Shown here one piece after another: positions 18,278 through 27,346 of a stretch of 64,000 bases of DNA. The notes under the pieces were generated by a model, which did no database searches, was not told the origin of the DNA, and saw nothing but the letters and a program-made list of their open reading frames with translations. This DNA comes from Candidatus Latescibacterota bacterium (GTDB lineage Bacteria > Latescibacterota > UBA2968 > GCA-2709665). Both the position numbers and the translations under genes were made by a program. How positions within the stretch are numbered: the stretch's first letter is position 1; each line of letters opens with the position of its first letter. The stretch lies in the NCBI GenBank assembly GCA_965222075.1, contig OZ244937.1, forward strand, positions 1,344,001 to 1,408,000, given 5' to 3'.

Positions 18278-20137
18278 CTAAAGGCTCCGCACATTCGCCA
18301 GACCATGCTGCTCAAGGATGGCCGTAAGGTTTGCCTTGGCGACGTCGTCCACGAAGGCGCTGTCGCGAAAGACCACGGTGCTGTCCCCAGCGGGTGAAAG
18401 CTCGGCATGCCACTCGGCGATACCGAGGGCCAGTGGCTCGACCTCCTCGCAGGTGATCTTCTTGTCGAGGCAGGCGATCAACGTCCCGGTGCCTATGGAG
18501 CGGACGGACTTCCCCGCAACAGGCCGGGTCTCAATGGGCACGCAGAGGTCGAGGCCGAGCTTGAGCAGCAACTCATAGAGAATATCTTCTTCACTTCGAT
18601 CCGGCTTGATGTGGTCAATGCTGTCGAGCAGCGTGCCTTCCAGGTCGTCGGCATCCGGCTCCCAGGCACGGATGTTGGACGTGTCCAGCTTGAAGACACG
18701 GAATCCGAGGTCGCCAGAAAATAGCGGATTCTCCGCTCGGATCCATCGTCCGGCACGGCGGAGGCGTTCCTTGGCAATGTCGGCGATGCTGGCGTAGTCT
18801 TCGCGTTGTGTTGTCTCCGGAAACTGAACTATTGCGTACCGAAGAGCGATTGACCGGCTTGAACTCGCCTCCATCGCCGCTTGCGCGAGGGGTGCCGAAC
18901 CGGCGAAGAAATCTAGCACAGTATCGCCATCCGCACAGAATAGCTCTAGAAGACGACTCGCTAGTTTGACTGGTTTCGGAGTATCGAAAGGCGCATCTCC
19001 ATCGAAGAGTTCTTTGAGCTCAAGTGTAGCCTCTTTGTTGTGTCCGGCAAAAGTGTGGTCCCACCATGTGTGTGGAGTGACACCGTTTTCACTCTCGGAA
19101 AGAAACGATTTCACCATCGGACGTGCGTCCATTTTGACGCCCCACCAAATGCGACCTTGGGCACACCATTCTTCAAACTGTGCCTTGTTACACCTCCAAT
19201 ACCGATTAGGTGGCGGGTCGAACATCTCCCCTTTTGGACCCACAATTGTGTACTGGCCCGCAGAATACGGCTTGCTTGCCGAAAGGTCTTGGGCACGCCA
19301 AGGACCGCGTGGATCATTATCCGGGTTCCTGTAGGCTTTGATCTGTTCCCTTGTGCGCTGCCAAGGGTTCACATCTACCATTTCTCGATTCCGAGCATAG
19401 ACGAGGATGAAGTCGTGCATGTCCGACACCCAGCGCGCCGTGACATTTGAAACATAGCGCTTCTGCCAGACGATTGTCGCTATGTGGTTCTCCTCACCGA
19501 AGATTTCGTCACACAACTTACCCAAATTCGTTTGCTCGGTGTCGTCAATCGATATACAGGCGACTCCGTCTGGTCCCAGTAGTTGACGTGCGACCAGAAG
19601 TCGAGGGTAGAGCATGTTCAGCCACCGGGTGTGGAACCGCCCCGAAGCTTCCGTATTCGACGAAAGCTTCCGGTTTTCTCCGTCGGTCTGTCCGGTCAAC
19701 TCCAGGTAGTTCCGGATGTTGTCACGGTAGTCGTCAGGATATACGAAGTCCTTTCCCGTATTGTACGGCGGATCGATGTAGATGAGCTTCACCTTCCCGG
19801 AGTAGCTCTTCTGCAGGAGCTTGAGCACCTCCAGGTTGTCGCCCTCAATCATCAGGTTTTGCGTTGTATCCCAATCAACGCTCTCCTCAGGGCAGGGGCG
19901 CAGGGTGCCGGTTGAAGGCGTCAGCGCAAGCTGCCGCGCTTGGCGTTTGCCGTGCCACTTGAGGCCGTACTTTTCCTCACGCTCGTCCACTGCGCCGCCG
20001 AGAAGCTGCTTGAGCACGTCGAAATCGACCTTGCCCTCGGTAAACGCCCCGGGAAACAGGGCCTTCAGATGGTCGACATTCTCGGCGATAACGTCAGCCG
20101 AACGCGTCTCCGGGTCGTTGGCGGCGATCTTTGTCAT
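18278..20137 (-). CDS. mod: Type III DNA methyltransferase Mod
   Basis: IEGDNLEVLK, IYIDPPY, FDTPKP, LDFFAGS; alternative TTG start at 20155. Confidence 0.93.
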   Translation of the reverse strand: MTKIAANDPETRSADVIAENVDHLKALFPGAFTEGKVDFDVLKQLLGGAVDEREEKYGLKWHGKRQARQLALTPSTGTLRPCPEESVDWDTTQNLMIEGDNLEVLKLLQKSYSGKVKLIYIDPPYNTGKDFVYPDDYRDNIRNYLELTGQTDGENRKLSSNTEASGRFHTRWLNMLYPRLLVARQLLGPDGVACISIDDTEQTNLGKLCDEIFGEENHIATIVWQKRYVSNVTARWVSDMHDFILVYARNREMVDVNPWQRTREQIKAYRNPDNDPRGPWRAQDLSASKPYSAGQYTIVGPKGEMFDPPPNRYWRCNKAQFEEWCAQGRIWWGVKMDARPMVKSFLSESENGVTPHTWWDHTFAGHNKEATLELKELFDGDAPFDTPKPVKLASRLLELFCADGDTVLDFFAGSAPLAQAAMEASSSRSIALRYAIVQFPETTQREDYASIADIAKERLRRAGRWIRAENPLFSGDLGFRVFKLDTSNIRAWEPDADDLEGTLLDSIDHIKPDRSEEDILYELLLKLGLDLCVPIETRPVAGKSVRSIGTGTLIACLDKKITCEEVEPLALGIAEWHAELSPAGDSTVVFRDSAFVDDVAKANLTAILEQHGLANVRSL

Positions 20138-20198
20138 AAGTTCTTCCCTGTCCAAAGAATGGCACGGGGCCTTTGGGCGCTTGAGTTTCAGGCTTCTT

Positions 20199-21755
20199 TC
20201 ACTTTCCGTTGCTACAACCCTCTGCTGGTTGTTCAGAATGACGATCCGTGACTGCTTTTGCCGCTTCGTCGATGCTAGGAAAAAGGGTTTCGCGTGTGAT
20301 GTTCAGCAGGCATAGTTCATCCGAAATGCATCGTTTTTTCCTGTCCGGCACTTCCAGAGTGTAATGATCGTAAACCGGAACCCCGGAGTTCTGATTCAGA
20401 ATCTCACTGCGTTCGAACCGCTCGTGAAACGCAGAAATGAAGAAAGCCCCTGATTGCGCTCGGATGCGCTCGAATGACCGCTGAGGTTCAACGACGAACA
20501 CGCGGAAGAGATCTCTGGGGTCGATTCTTTCCTGGAAGTGTGGCTTTTCCTGACGGATGAAGTGATAGAGGCGGACCATGGCCTGCCAGTAATAGCCTGC
20601 CCATTCGGGGCCACCCGGATCAACGTCATCCGGTGTATCCTCCTTCCTCTTCCCAAGCAGCCGCTTTTGTTCCTTGCATGAGAGCTTAGCGAAATTAGCA
20701 ATGACGCTAATCGAGTCGCTGTTGAACGGTTTTATCAGATTCTCTGGCACCGCGAAGACATGCAGGCGGCCAGGCTCTTCGCTGGAACCTCCTTTTCGTT
20801 CTTGGCAGGCGTGGAACAAAGCAACGAGCGGGTTTCGAGTGATGTCGAGTAGCCGGGTCGGGAGTCCGTGATGCTGTGCGAGGACCCATTGCGCCAGTGC
20901 TGAATTCAGCTTGTCGAATTCCTCCGGCCGGCGCGACATGAGGTCGACTATCATTTTGGCTTCCGATTTGAGATGCACAAATGTTCCATTCTTCATTCGC
21001 ATTAGGGAAGGGCGCAGTTCCGGGAACATTTTAGCTTCGCCGCGAAAATACAGAACCCGATCAGGCATGTTCTCGCTAATAATGGAACATTTTTTGAGCA
21101 AGCACTGGACACTGTCGACTGCCTCGCCGGATCTAATGTCGGGAGGAGTTCCTTCATCAGGATTCCCTCCTGAAAAGAGAGTCGCCTTCCAGGGCTGGGT
21201 ACGGAATAAATTCGTGCCTTCTATCTTTGCGTAACGAAGGTCGGCACCAGCAAGTTCACGATTAGCGAGTATCGCGTCTGTGAGGTCCGCTCCATGGAAG
21301 TCGGCACCACACAACGAGGCGGTGTTGAAATCCTCAGAATTACGTTCTCCGCCAAACATTTTCGCTCCGCGGAGTTCTGCGCAAAGGCCGAACTCGCAGC
21401 CACGGAGGTCGGCGAAGTCAAGGTCCGCATCATTGAGGATAGCTCCGTTGAGATTACATTCCTTGAGATCAGCGAAACGGAGATTCGCGTTGGAGAGATT
21501 GACGTTGTAGAGTTCGGTCTTCTGGAGTTTGGCACCGCTCAGATCAATACCAGAAAGGTCAACGACATCGTCGAACTTTCCGAGAAGTCTCTGCCGGATT
21601 ATAGCCCCAGGGCTTTCGACCGAGACACCCCCTTTTCCGAACTTTCCGGGAATATAGGCCTCCTCAAGGTCTGGCGTAAAGTCCTCGCGTTTGCGTCGTT
21701 CATTCCATTTCTCGACGCCTTCGAGCAGCCATTGGATGTGTTCAGTGTTAGCCAT
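20199..21755 (-). CDS. Pentapeptide-repeat + FRG domain protein
   Basis: MAN..H..L..GV..WN start, A(D/N)L-x-x pentapeptide repeats; LYFRGE, QHHGLPTRLLD, ALFHAC, RIRAQSGAF, TLFP FRG motifs. Confidence 0.85.
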   Translation of the reverse strand: MANTEHIQWLLEGVEKWNERRKREDFTPDLEEAYIPGKFGKGGVSVESPGAIIRQRLLGKFDDVVDLSGIDLSGAKLQKTELYNVNLSNANLRFADLKECNLNGAILNDADLDFADLRGCEFGLCAELRGAKMFGGERNSEDFNTASLCGADFHGADLTDAILANRELAGADLRYAKIEGTNLFRTQPWKATLFSGGNPDEGTPPDIRSGEAVDSVQCLLKKCSIISENMPDRVLYFRGEAKMFPELRPSLMRMKNGTFVHLKSEAKMIVDLMSRRPEEFDKLNSALAQWVLAQHHGLPTRLLDITRNPLVALFHACQERKGGSSEEPGRLHVFAVPENLIKPFNSDSISVIANFAKLSCKEQKRLLGKRKEDTPDDVDPGGPEWAGYYWQAMVRLYHFIRQEKPHFQERIDPRDLFRVFVVEPQRSFERIRAQSGAFFISAFHERFERSEILNQNSGVPVYDHYTLEVPDRKKRCISDELCLLNITRETLFPSIDEAAKAVTDRHSEQPAEGCSNGK

Positions 21756-21923
21756 GAAGCGTCTTTTGCTCCTTTGACTTCACCAGCGGATTCCACGCGC
21801 CAGGGGCGAGCTGTCTATAAAAATAGCAGCGCTCCACAGGCCATGTCAGTGTTTCTCGGCCACAACGTCCGCCGGGCGGGTCTCCACCAGTACGGTCACA
21901 CGGTGGGGGAGGGGACAGTCCAT

Positions 21924-22007
21924 CGGTTTCCACTGGTCAGAGAGGCACTTAGCTTAACCTTCCAACGGTTTCCACTGGTCAGAGAGGCACTTAGCTTAAC
22001 CTTCCAA
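21924..22007 (+). repeat. Perfect 42-bp tandem duplication at the right island boundary
   Basis: CGGTTTCCACTGGTCAGAGAGGCACTTAGCTTAACCTTCCAA x2; includes the GT2 stop codon. Confidence 0.9.
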
Positions 22008-22719
22008 ACATCGATTTCAAACGCAACAGCCAGACGGCCCAGATCGCTTCCCCCATGATCTTTTTGGACATTTTTGAAACACCGGCCGTGCGGTCATAAA
22101 AAATAATGGGGATTTCTTTGATTTTGAATCCTTTTTTCCAGGCGCGCATGGTGCCTTCTATCTGGAAAGCATAGCCGGATACGTGGATTCGGTCGAGGTC
22201 TATGGCTTCCAGGACTTCCCGCCGGAAACATTTAAACCCACCCGTGGCGTCTCTGATGGACATCCCCGTAACCAGCCTGGCATAGACATTGGCATAATAG
22301 GACAACAGGAGACGTGTGATCGGCCAGTTGATCACATTCACGCCGGTGATGTAACGCGAGCCGAGGATCAGGTCGTGGTGTTCAATCTCCCTGAGGAAAT
22401 CCTTCAAGTAGCCGGGGCGATGGGAAAAGTCGGCGTCCATTTCAAAGATACAGTCATATCCTCGCTCTATCGCCCATTTGAATCCAGCGATGTAAGCCTT
22501 TCCCAGGCCCTCTTTTTTCTGGCGGTGCAGCACGTGGACCTTTTCATCCTGAGCGGATATTCGATCGGCAATTTCACCCGTCCCATCGGGGGAACTGTCG
22601 TCTACGATGAGAACCTCGAGGCGGAGGTCTTCCTTCAGGACCGCGGGGACGATCTTCTCAATATTGTCCCGCTCGTTGTAGGTGGGAACAATGACCAGCG
22701 CTCGCTTGGGTTGGGACAT
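21991..22719 (-). CDS. Polyprenol monophosphomannose synthase (GT2)
   Basis: IVPTYNE, VDDSSPDGT, EMDADFSH, DATGGFK, GYAFQIE. Confidence 0.88.
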   Translation of the reverse strand: MSQPKRALVIVPTYNERDNIEKIVPAVLKEDLRLEVLIVDDSSPDGTGEIADRISAQDEKVHVLHRQKKEGLGKAYIAGFKWAIERGYDCIFEMDADFSHRPGYLKDFLREIEHHDLILGSRYITGVNVINWPITRLLLSYYANVYARLVTGMSIRDATGGFKCFRREVLEAIDLDRIHVSGYAFQIEGTMRAWKKGFKIKEIPIIFYDRTAGVSKMSKKIMGEAIWAVWLLRLKSMFGRLS

Positions 22720-22778
22720 TTGGAGAACTCCCTTCCTTACTCAGGGGAACATATCTCCCTGGATTTTTGGACGGTTTC

Positions 22779-22806
22779 TTGACATGATACACTTTTTTTG
22801 TATCTT
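22779..22806 (+). promoter_or_regulatory. Sigma70-like promoter with overlapping operator-like inverted repeat
   Basis: TTGACA-16-TATCTT; GATACA-N7-TGTATC palindrome spans the spacer and -10. Confidence 0.5.
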
Positions 22807-22857
22807 CGTAAAGCATAAGGTTCCAACGTTCTGATGAAAATCCAGGAGCATGCGCCA

Positions 22858-23997
22858 ATGGCAACAGAAACGACAGTTGAACCCGTGGTTGGGCGTGAGC
22901 GCCGTTCGCCCCACAAGAAGGCCCTGAGTCTGATCGATTGCGATGTGCACCACATCATGAGAAGCTTTCAGGATCTGGTTCCGTACCTGGACGACACGTA
23001 TCGGCGCCGCCTGCAACCGGCCATCAGTCCGCAGGCCGGGGAGCGCACCAGCTTCCGGCTTCCCCGCCGGGCGTATTTTCACCCGTACAGCTCCAATCGC
23101 GGGGATACGATGGAAGAAGACGGCACAAACCACGCGTCAGATCCGGCCCGGCTCAAAGAGAACCTTTTGGACCGTTACGGAATCGATTATGTGGTTCTGC
23201 TGGGGAACGATCTGACAACGCTGTCCGGTATGCCAGACCCGGCGCTGGCGGCGGGCATCGCACGCGCGTACAATGACTGGTCCATAGACGTCTGGCTGCG
23301 GGCCGATGCCCGCTTCAAGCTGTCGATCTGGGTGGCGCCTCAGGATCCGGCGCTGGCGGCGCAGGAGATCGAGCGCCTGGGCGATCATCCGGATGTGGTC
23401 CAGGTGGCCGTGCCGCAGATGGACATTTTGCTGGGTAAACGGCATTACTGGCCGATCTACGAGGCGGCTCAGAAGCACGGGCTTCCGGTTGCCTTCCACG
23501 TGGGACCCGAGTCGGCGGGATTGAACGGGCCGCAGGTGGCGGTGGGAGCGCCCACATACTATATCGAACTGCAAACGGGGGTGGTGTCCATCGGGATCAA
23601 CAATGTGACCAGCCTGGTGTGCGAAGGGGTATTCGAGAAGTTCCCCGATCTTAAGACGGTTTTTCTGGAGTTCGGTTTCACCTGGATCCCGGGGCTGATG
23701 TGGCGTCTGGACCGGGAGTGGAAGTCCCTGCGGGCCGAAGTGCCCTGGGTGAAGCGCCCGCCAAGCGAGTACATTCTCAAGCACGTTCGAGTCGGTTCGC
23801 AACCCCTGGAAGAGCCCCCACATCCCGAATATCTCCACCAGACACTGGAAATGATGTCCGCCGGGGAGACGATGCTGTTTGCGACCGACTACCCGCACTG
23901 GGATTTCGACGACCCCAAACATATTATCCGCAGAATTCCTGAGCACATGCGGCAGGGGATTCTGGTGGATAACGCCCGGAAGGTGTATGGTCTGTAA
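22858..23997 (+). CDS. Amidohydrolase_2-fold protein, probable dinuclear oxygenase subunit
   Basis: DCDVH, AYNDW, AFHVG, QPLEEP, TDYPHWD; followed by a Rieske gene. Confidence 0.75.
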   Translation: MATETTVEPVVGRERRSPHKKALSLIDCDVHHIMRSFQDLVPYLDDTYRRRLQPAISPQAGERTSFRLPRRAYFHPYSSNRGDTMEEDGTNHASDPARLKENLLDRYGIDYVVLLGNDLTTLSGMPDPALAAGIARAYNDWSIDVWLRADARFKLSIWVAPQDPALAAQEIERLGDHPDVVQVAVPQMDILLGKRHYWPIYEAAQKHGLPVAFHVGPESAGLNGPQVAVGAPTYYIELQTGVVSIGINNVTSLVCEGVFEKFPDLKTVFLEFGFTWIPGLMWRLDREWKSLRAEVPWVKRPPSEYILKHVRVGSQPLEEPPHPEYLHQTLEMMSAGETMLFATDYPHWDFDDPKHIIRRIPEHMRQGILVDNARKVYGL

Positions 23998-24009
23998 TAG
24001 GAGGCGAGT

Positions 24010-24408
24010 GTGGCGGGAAAGCACCGGCATGTGGTTGGCAAGAAGCGTGAGTTTCTCCCGGGAACCCGAAGGATTGTGGAGGTGAAGGGGCGGTCCATCG
24101 GGGTGTTCAACGTCGATGGGGCGTATTACGCGTTGCGGAACACCTGCCCTCACCAGGGGGGGCCGCTTTGTCAGGGCACGTTAACCGGGACGATGATTCC
24201 GTCCGAACCGGGCGACTACGTCTACGGGATGGAAAACCGGGTGCTGCGCTGCCCCTGGCATTGCTGGGAATTTGATATTACCACAGGGAAGATGTTTTTT
24301 GTGCCCGATGCTCTCAGGGTCAAAACATACGAGGTGGGCGTTGAGCCCCCGTCGGTGGAGACCTATCCGGTTGCGGTAGAGGAAAGTATGGTTGTGTTAT
24401 ATGTTTAA
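24010..24408 (+). CDS. Rieske [2Fe-2S] ferredoxin
   Basis: CPHQG and CPWH motifs. Confidence 0.88.
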   Translation: MAGKHRHVVGKKREFLPGTRRIVEVKGRSIGVFNVDGAYYALRNTCPHQGGPLCQGTLTGTMIPSEPGDYVYGMENRVLRCPWHCWEFDITTGKMFFVPDALRVKTYEVGVEPPSVETYPVAVEESMVVLYV

Positions 24409-24427
24409 GACGGGGTAGGCAAATTCG

Positions 24428-24454
24428 GGGCGGCCAGGACGGCCGCCTTTTTTG
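24428..24454 (+). terminator. Rho-independent terminator
   Basis: GGCGGCC-agga-cGGCCGCC hairpin followed by T-run. Confidence 0.7.
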
Positions 24455-24570
24455 TTTTGTCATGGAGGGTAAGGTCTTGTTGCGATTGGGCAGGAGGTCG
24501 TGGGGAGGTCGTTTGAGGCGTCTGTCAGCAGCAATCCAGGGGCGCTGGAGGCGTATCAGAACAGGCGCTT

Positions 24571-25899
24571 TTAGTCCATCAACCGCACATTGTACTGCCG
24601 CGCCCCGGCATGATACCCTCTATAGGCCCCCTCGTTAAGCGGCTCCGGAGTATAGACAAAGACCTCGTCCGCCCAGGGATTGTACACGACGATTTCTTCC
24701 TGTTCGTCCCCACAGATGTCGGCCGGAATGCAGTGGTACCATCCCATTTTTCGGGGACCGACAGGTTCGGGCAGGTCGGGCAGGGTGACGGCCTGACGGC
24801 CCCGGCCGTCGAAGAGGGCGCCCCCGTTGTAGAGGAGGGCGGGGGCATCGGGGCCGTTCCAGTAGACGGTTTCCATGCCGGTTTCGTTCGGAGAAGAATT
24901 GAGTTGAAACCGGTTGAGGATACGGCCACCGTTATCGACGATGAGGACATCCGGGTTGTGCCCCAGGTAGCGGATGGCCATCTGAGGGGCGGGTTCGTCT
25001 GCGAGGAAGGTGGCGACGCGGGTTTCCTGGCCGTGGGGGACGATGTCTTCACCCAGTGCCAGGACAATCTTGCCGTCCAGGTCCAGGACGTGGCCGCCCC
25101 CGGAGCAGACGGCGCGCATCCGGCCGCTGTCCCAGGGGAGGATGGCCACGGAGTCCATGTTGGGGGCGAGCTGCGCTTCCCAGCGCGGGGCGCCGTCCGG
25201 GGAAAGGATGTAGTAGCCGCCGTTGATTTCATCGCGGCCGTCGCCGTCCAAGTCGCCGACCGAGGGGATGTAGGCTGAGCAGCGGCCGTATTCGTTCCAC
25301 TGGATGGTGTAGGTCCACAGGAGGTCTAAGCGGTCGTCGAAGGCGAGGACGGTATCGCCCAGCTTGACGACGATATCCTGCGGGGTGGGCCGCCCCCGGA
25401 GGTTGGCGATGAGGAGGCGCTGGTGAAACCAGTTGGCGCCCCAGCCCGCTCGCACTCGAACCGCTTCTGGAGCGGCACCGCGTTTAATCTCCCCGGTGCG
25501 GCCGTCGCGGATCTGGAAGACCACGTTGGCGAGGGATTCCTTAGGCGTCCGGCCGTCGGGCCGGTAGAAGAAGCAGAGGACCTCGCTGTGGCCGTCTGCG
25601 TCGATGTCGTGGACCGCAACCGCTCCCGGACGGAGGGGCTGGGCGCCGCCGGCGCCATCCTGCCAGAGGACCTCGCCGTCTAATGTGAAAGCGCCCAGGA
25701 AACAGGGCTTGAGTTCGCTTTCCAGGTCACACCGGTAGACGAGGAGGTCGGCCCGCCCATCTCCGGTGAGGTCTCCCAGGCGGACATCGCCGCCATAGGT
25801 GAGTTCCCGGCCTTCTACAAGAGCGGATGTGAGAAAAGGCACAGGGATCCGGAGTCTGCGGTAGAGGCGGGCGGCGGGAATATCGTGAGAACCGGACAC
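24571..25899 (-). CDS. FG-GAP/beta-propeller repeat protein (rhamnogalacturonan lyase-like)
   Basis: Repeated DxDGDG.DE Ca-binding motifs (GDLTGDGRAD, DIDADGHSE, GDLDGDGRDE, ADICGDEQEE). Confidence 0.6.
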   Translation of the reverse strand: MSGSHDIPAARLYRRLRIPVPFLTSALVEGRELTYGGDVRLGDLTGDGRADLLVYRCDLESELKPCFLGAFTLDGEVLWQDGAGGAQPLRPGAVAVHDIDADGHSEVLCFFYRPDGRTPKESLANVVFQIRDGRTGEIKRGAAPEAVRVRAGWGANWFHQRLLIANLRGRPTPQDIVVKLGDTVLAFDDRLDLLWTYTIQWNEYGRCSAYIPSVGDLDGDGRDEINGGYYILSPDGAPRWEAQLAPNMDSVAILPWDSGRMRAVCSGGGHVLDLDGKIVLALGEDIVPHGQETRVATFLADEPAPQMAIRYLGHNPDVLIVDNGGRILNRFQLNSSPNETGMETVYWNGPDAPALLYNGGALFDGRGRQAVTLPDLPEPVGPRKMGWYHCIPADICGDEQEEIVVYNPWADEVFVYTPEPLNEGAYRGYHAGARQYNVRLMD

Positions 25900-25979
25900 G
25901 GGGGTGCCTTATGCCGATCTTGCCACTGGTAAATAAGGGGGAAGGAAAAGAGAAGGGGAAGGTCAGGCGTTGGGAAGCC

Positions 25980-26285
25980 TCAGGACGGTTTCTGCTTGTG
26001 CTTTTCGTGCTTTCGCCGGAGGTCAAGCACCTGTTCAAACTTTTCAGAGAGGCTATTTCCTTTACGTGAGAATTTGAGCATGGCCTCGTGAGACATCACC
26101 ATCATGGTGCCCTGCGAAGCATCCAGGTACCGGCAGTAGCTGTGTTTGACCCTTTCCCCGGTAATACAGCATCGGCTCTCTACAGGATATTCTCTGTCCG
26201 AGTCGATAAAGCTTCCGGTAGGCCTGGCATCTTCAGGCTGTTTTGCTTCGTAGTCGGTATAAAACGCCTTGTTTTTTTTGTCCAT
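25980..26285 (-). CDS. Hypothetical protein
   Basis: RBS AAGGAG, co-oriented behind the ExeA-like gene; no family recognised. Confidence 0.55.
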   Translation of the reverse strand: MDKKNKAFYTDYEAKQPEDARPTGSFIDSDREYPVESRCCITGERVKHSYCRYLDASQGTMMVMSHEAMLKFSRKGNSLSEKFEQVLDLRRKHEKHKQKPS

Positions 26286-26317
26286 CGTTTCTGATGTCTC
26301 CTTCTGAAAGTGGATTT

Positions 26318-27118
26318 TCAGAACTGCTTGACTGCCTCGCAGGCCTTTTGGGCGATGTGGGTGTCTATTTCCTCAACCCGGGCTCCGAACCCGAGGAGCA
26401 GGCAGATGTCACAGGTGTTGTTAATCTCCCGGGGGATGCCCCGGGAGGCTCGGTAGACGGCGTCTACCGCGTCGTTCTTGAAGATTTCCCGTTCGAGTCC
26501 CACTTTTTCCAGACGGGACTGGATATAGGCGTGGGTCTCTTCCTGTTTGAGGGGGCCAAGGTGAAATTTGATGGAGATGCGCTGTTCAAGCTGCTTGATG
26601 CGTGAGATTCGCTCCCGGAGTTCGGGCTGCCCGATCAGGAGCAGGGTCGTAAGAAAGCGGTCGTCGAACTGAACGTTGAGGAGGTGGAGGAGTTCCTCTA
26701 AGGTCTCCGGGTCTTCCATGGCCTGGGCCTCGTCTACGATGATCACGGTGTCTTTGCCTGCGTTGCGGTTTTTGACCATCCGGTCGTTGAGGGCCTCAAG
26801 CAGGTCGGACTTGGAGTCCGGGGCCTCTTCCACGCCGAGCTGGGAGAGGATTTCCCTGAGAAATTCGATGGGGGAGAGGCTGGGGTTGGCCACCACGCCC
26901 ACTTCGTAGCGGTCGGACTGGAGGTCCTGGGCCAGGGTGCGGCTGAGGATGGTTTTGCCGCATCCGACCTCTCCTGTGAGCATGGCCGCGCCCTGACTGT
27001 TGACCGCATAGAAGAGGCGCAGCAGCGCCTCCTGATGCTCGGCGGAAGGGTAAAAGAACCGAGGATCGGGCACGTTTTCAAAAGGAAATTCTTCAAGCCC
27101 CCAGAATTCTTTGTACAC
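26318..27118 (-). CDS. ExeA/GspA-like AAA ATPase (short form)
   Basis: MY..FWGL...PF..PDP start, GEVGCGKT, IIVDEAQ, LIGQPEL, GIPREIN. Confidence 0.85.
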   Translation of the reverse strand: MYKEFWGLEEFPFENVPDPRFFYPSAEHQEALLRLFYAVNSQGAAMLTGEVGCGKTILSRTLAQDLQSDRYEVGVVANPSLSPIEFLREILSQLGVEEAPDSKSDLLEALNDRMVKNRNAGKDTVIIVDEAQAMEDPETLEELLHLLNVQFDDRFLTTLLLIGQPELRERISRIKQLEQRISIKFHLGPLKQEETHAYIQSRLEKVGLEREIFKNDAVDAVYRASRGIPREINNTCDICLLLGFGARVEEIDTHIAQKACEAVKQF

Positions 27119-27186
27119 GGATGTTCGTCTCCCAGGAGGGTGTTGAGATTCAGGCGTCGAGAAAAAAGGCAGTATTGTAAAAATAT

Positions 27187-27216
27187 AATATACGTCAGAA
27201 GGGTCGGATATGTCAA
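27187..27216 (-). promoter_or_regulatory. Sigma70-like promoter in AT-rich divergent region
   Basis: Minus strand TTGACA-18-TATATT. Confidence 0.45.
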
Positions 27217-27346
27217 GAAAAAATAGACAAAAATGAACTTTTTGCTTGATTTTTTTGTTTATATTTGTTTATTTTTGGAGAAATTCACCTATACTACATA
27301 TATAGTACAGGCCATCGCTTCTGAGGGGTATTGACGGGTCACTACA

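Larger units (their letters stand above)
5544..21943. mobile_element. ~16.4-kb defence island bounded by 21-bp direct repeats, no integrase seen
   Basis: Exact flanking direct repeat, defence-type gene content, and removal restores a short GT2-to-dehydrogenase intergenic region with its RBS. Confidence 0.7.

Noticed and set aside
18278-20155. Phase-variable mod (phasevarion)
   Set aside because: No simple-sequence repeat tract seen in or before the gene
21924-22007. CRISPR array
   Set aside because: Two abutting copies with no spacer, overlapping a gene end; no cas genes
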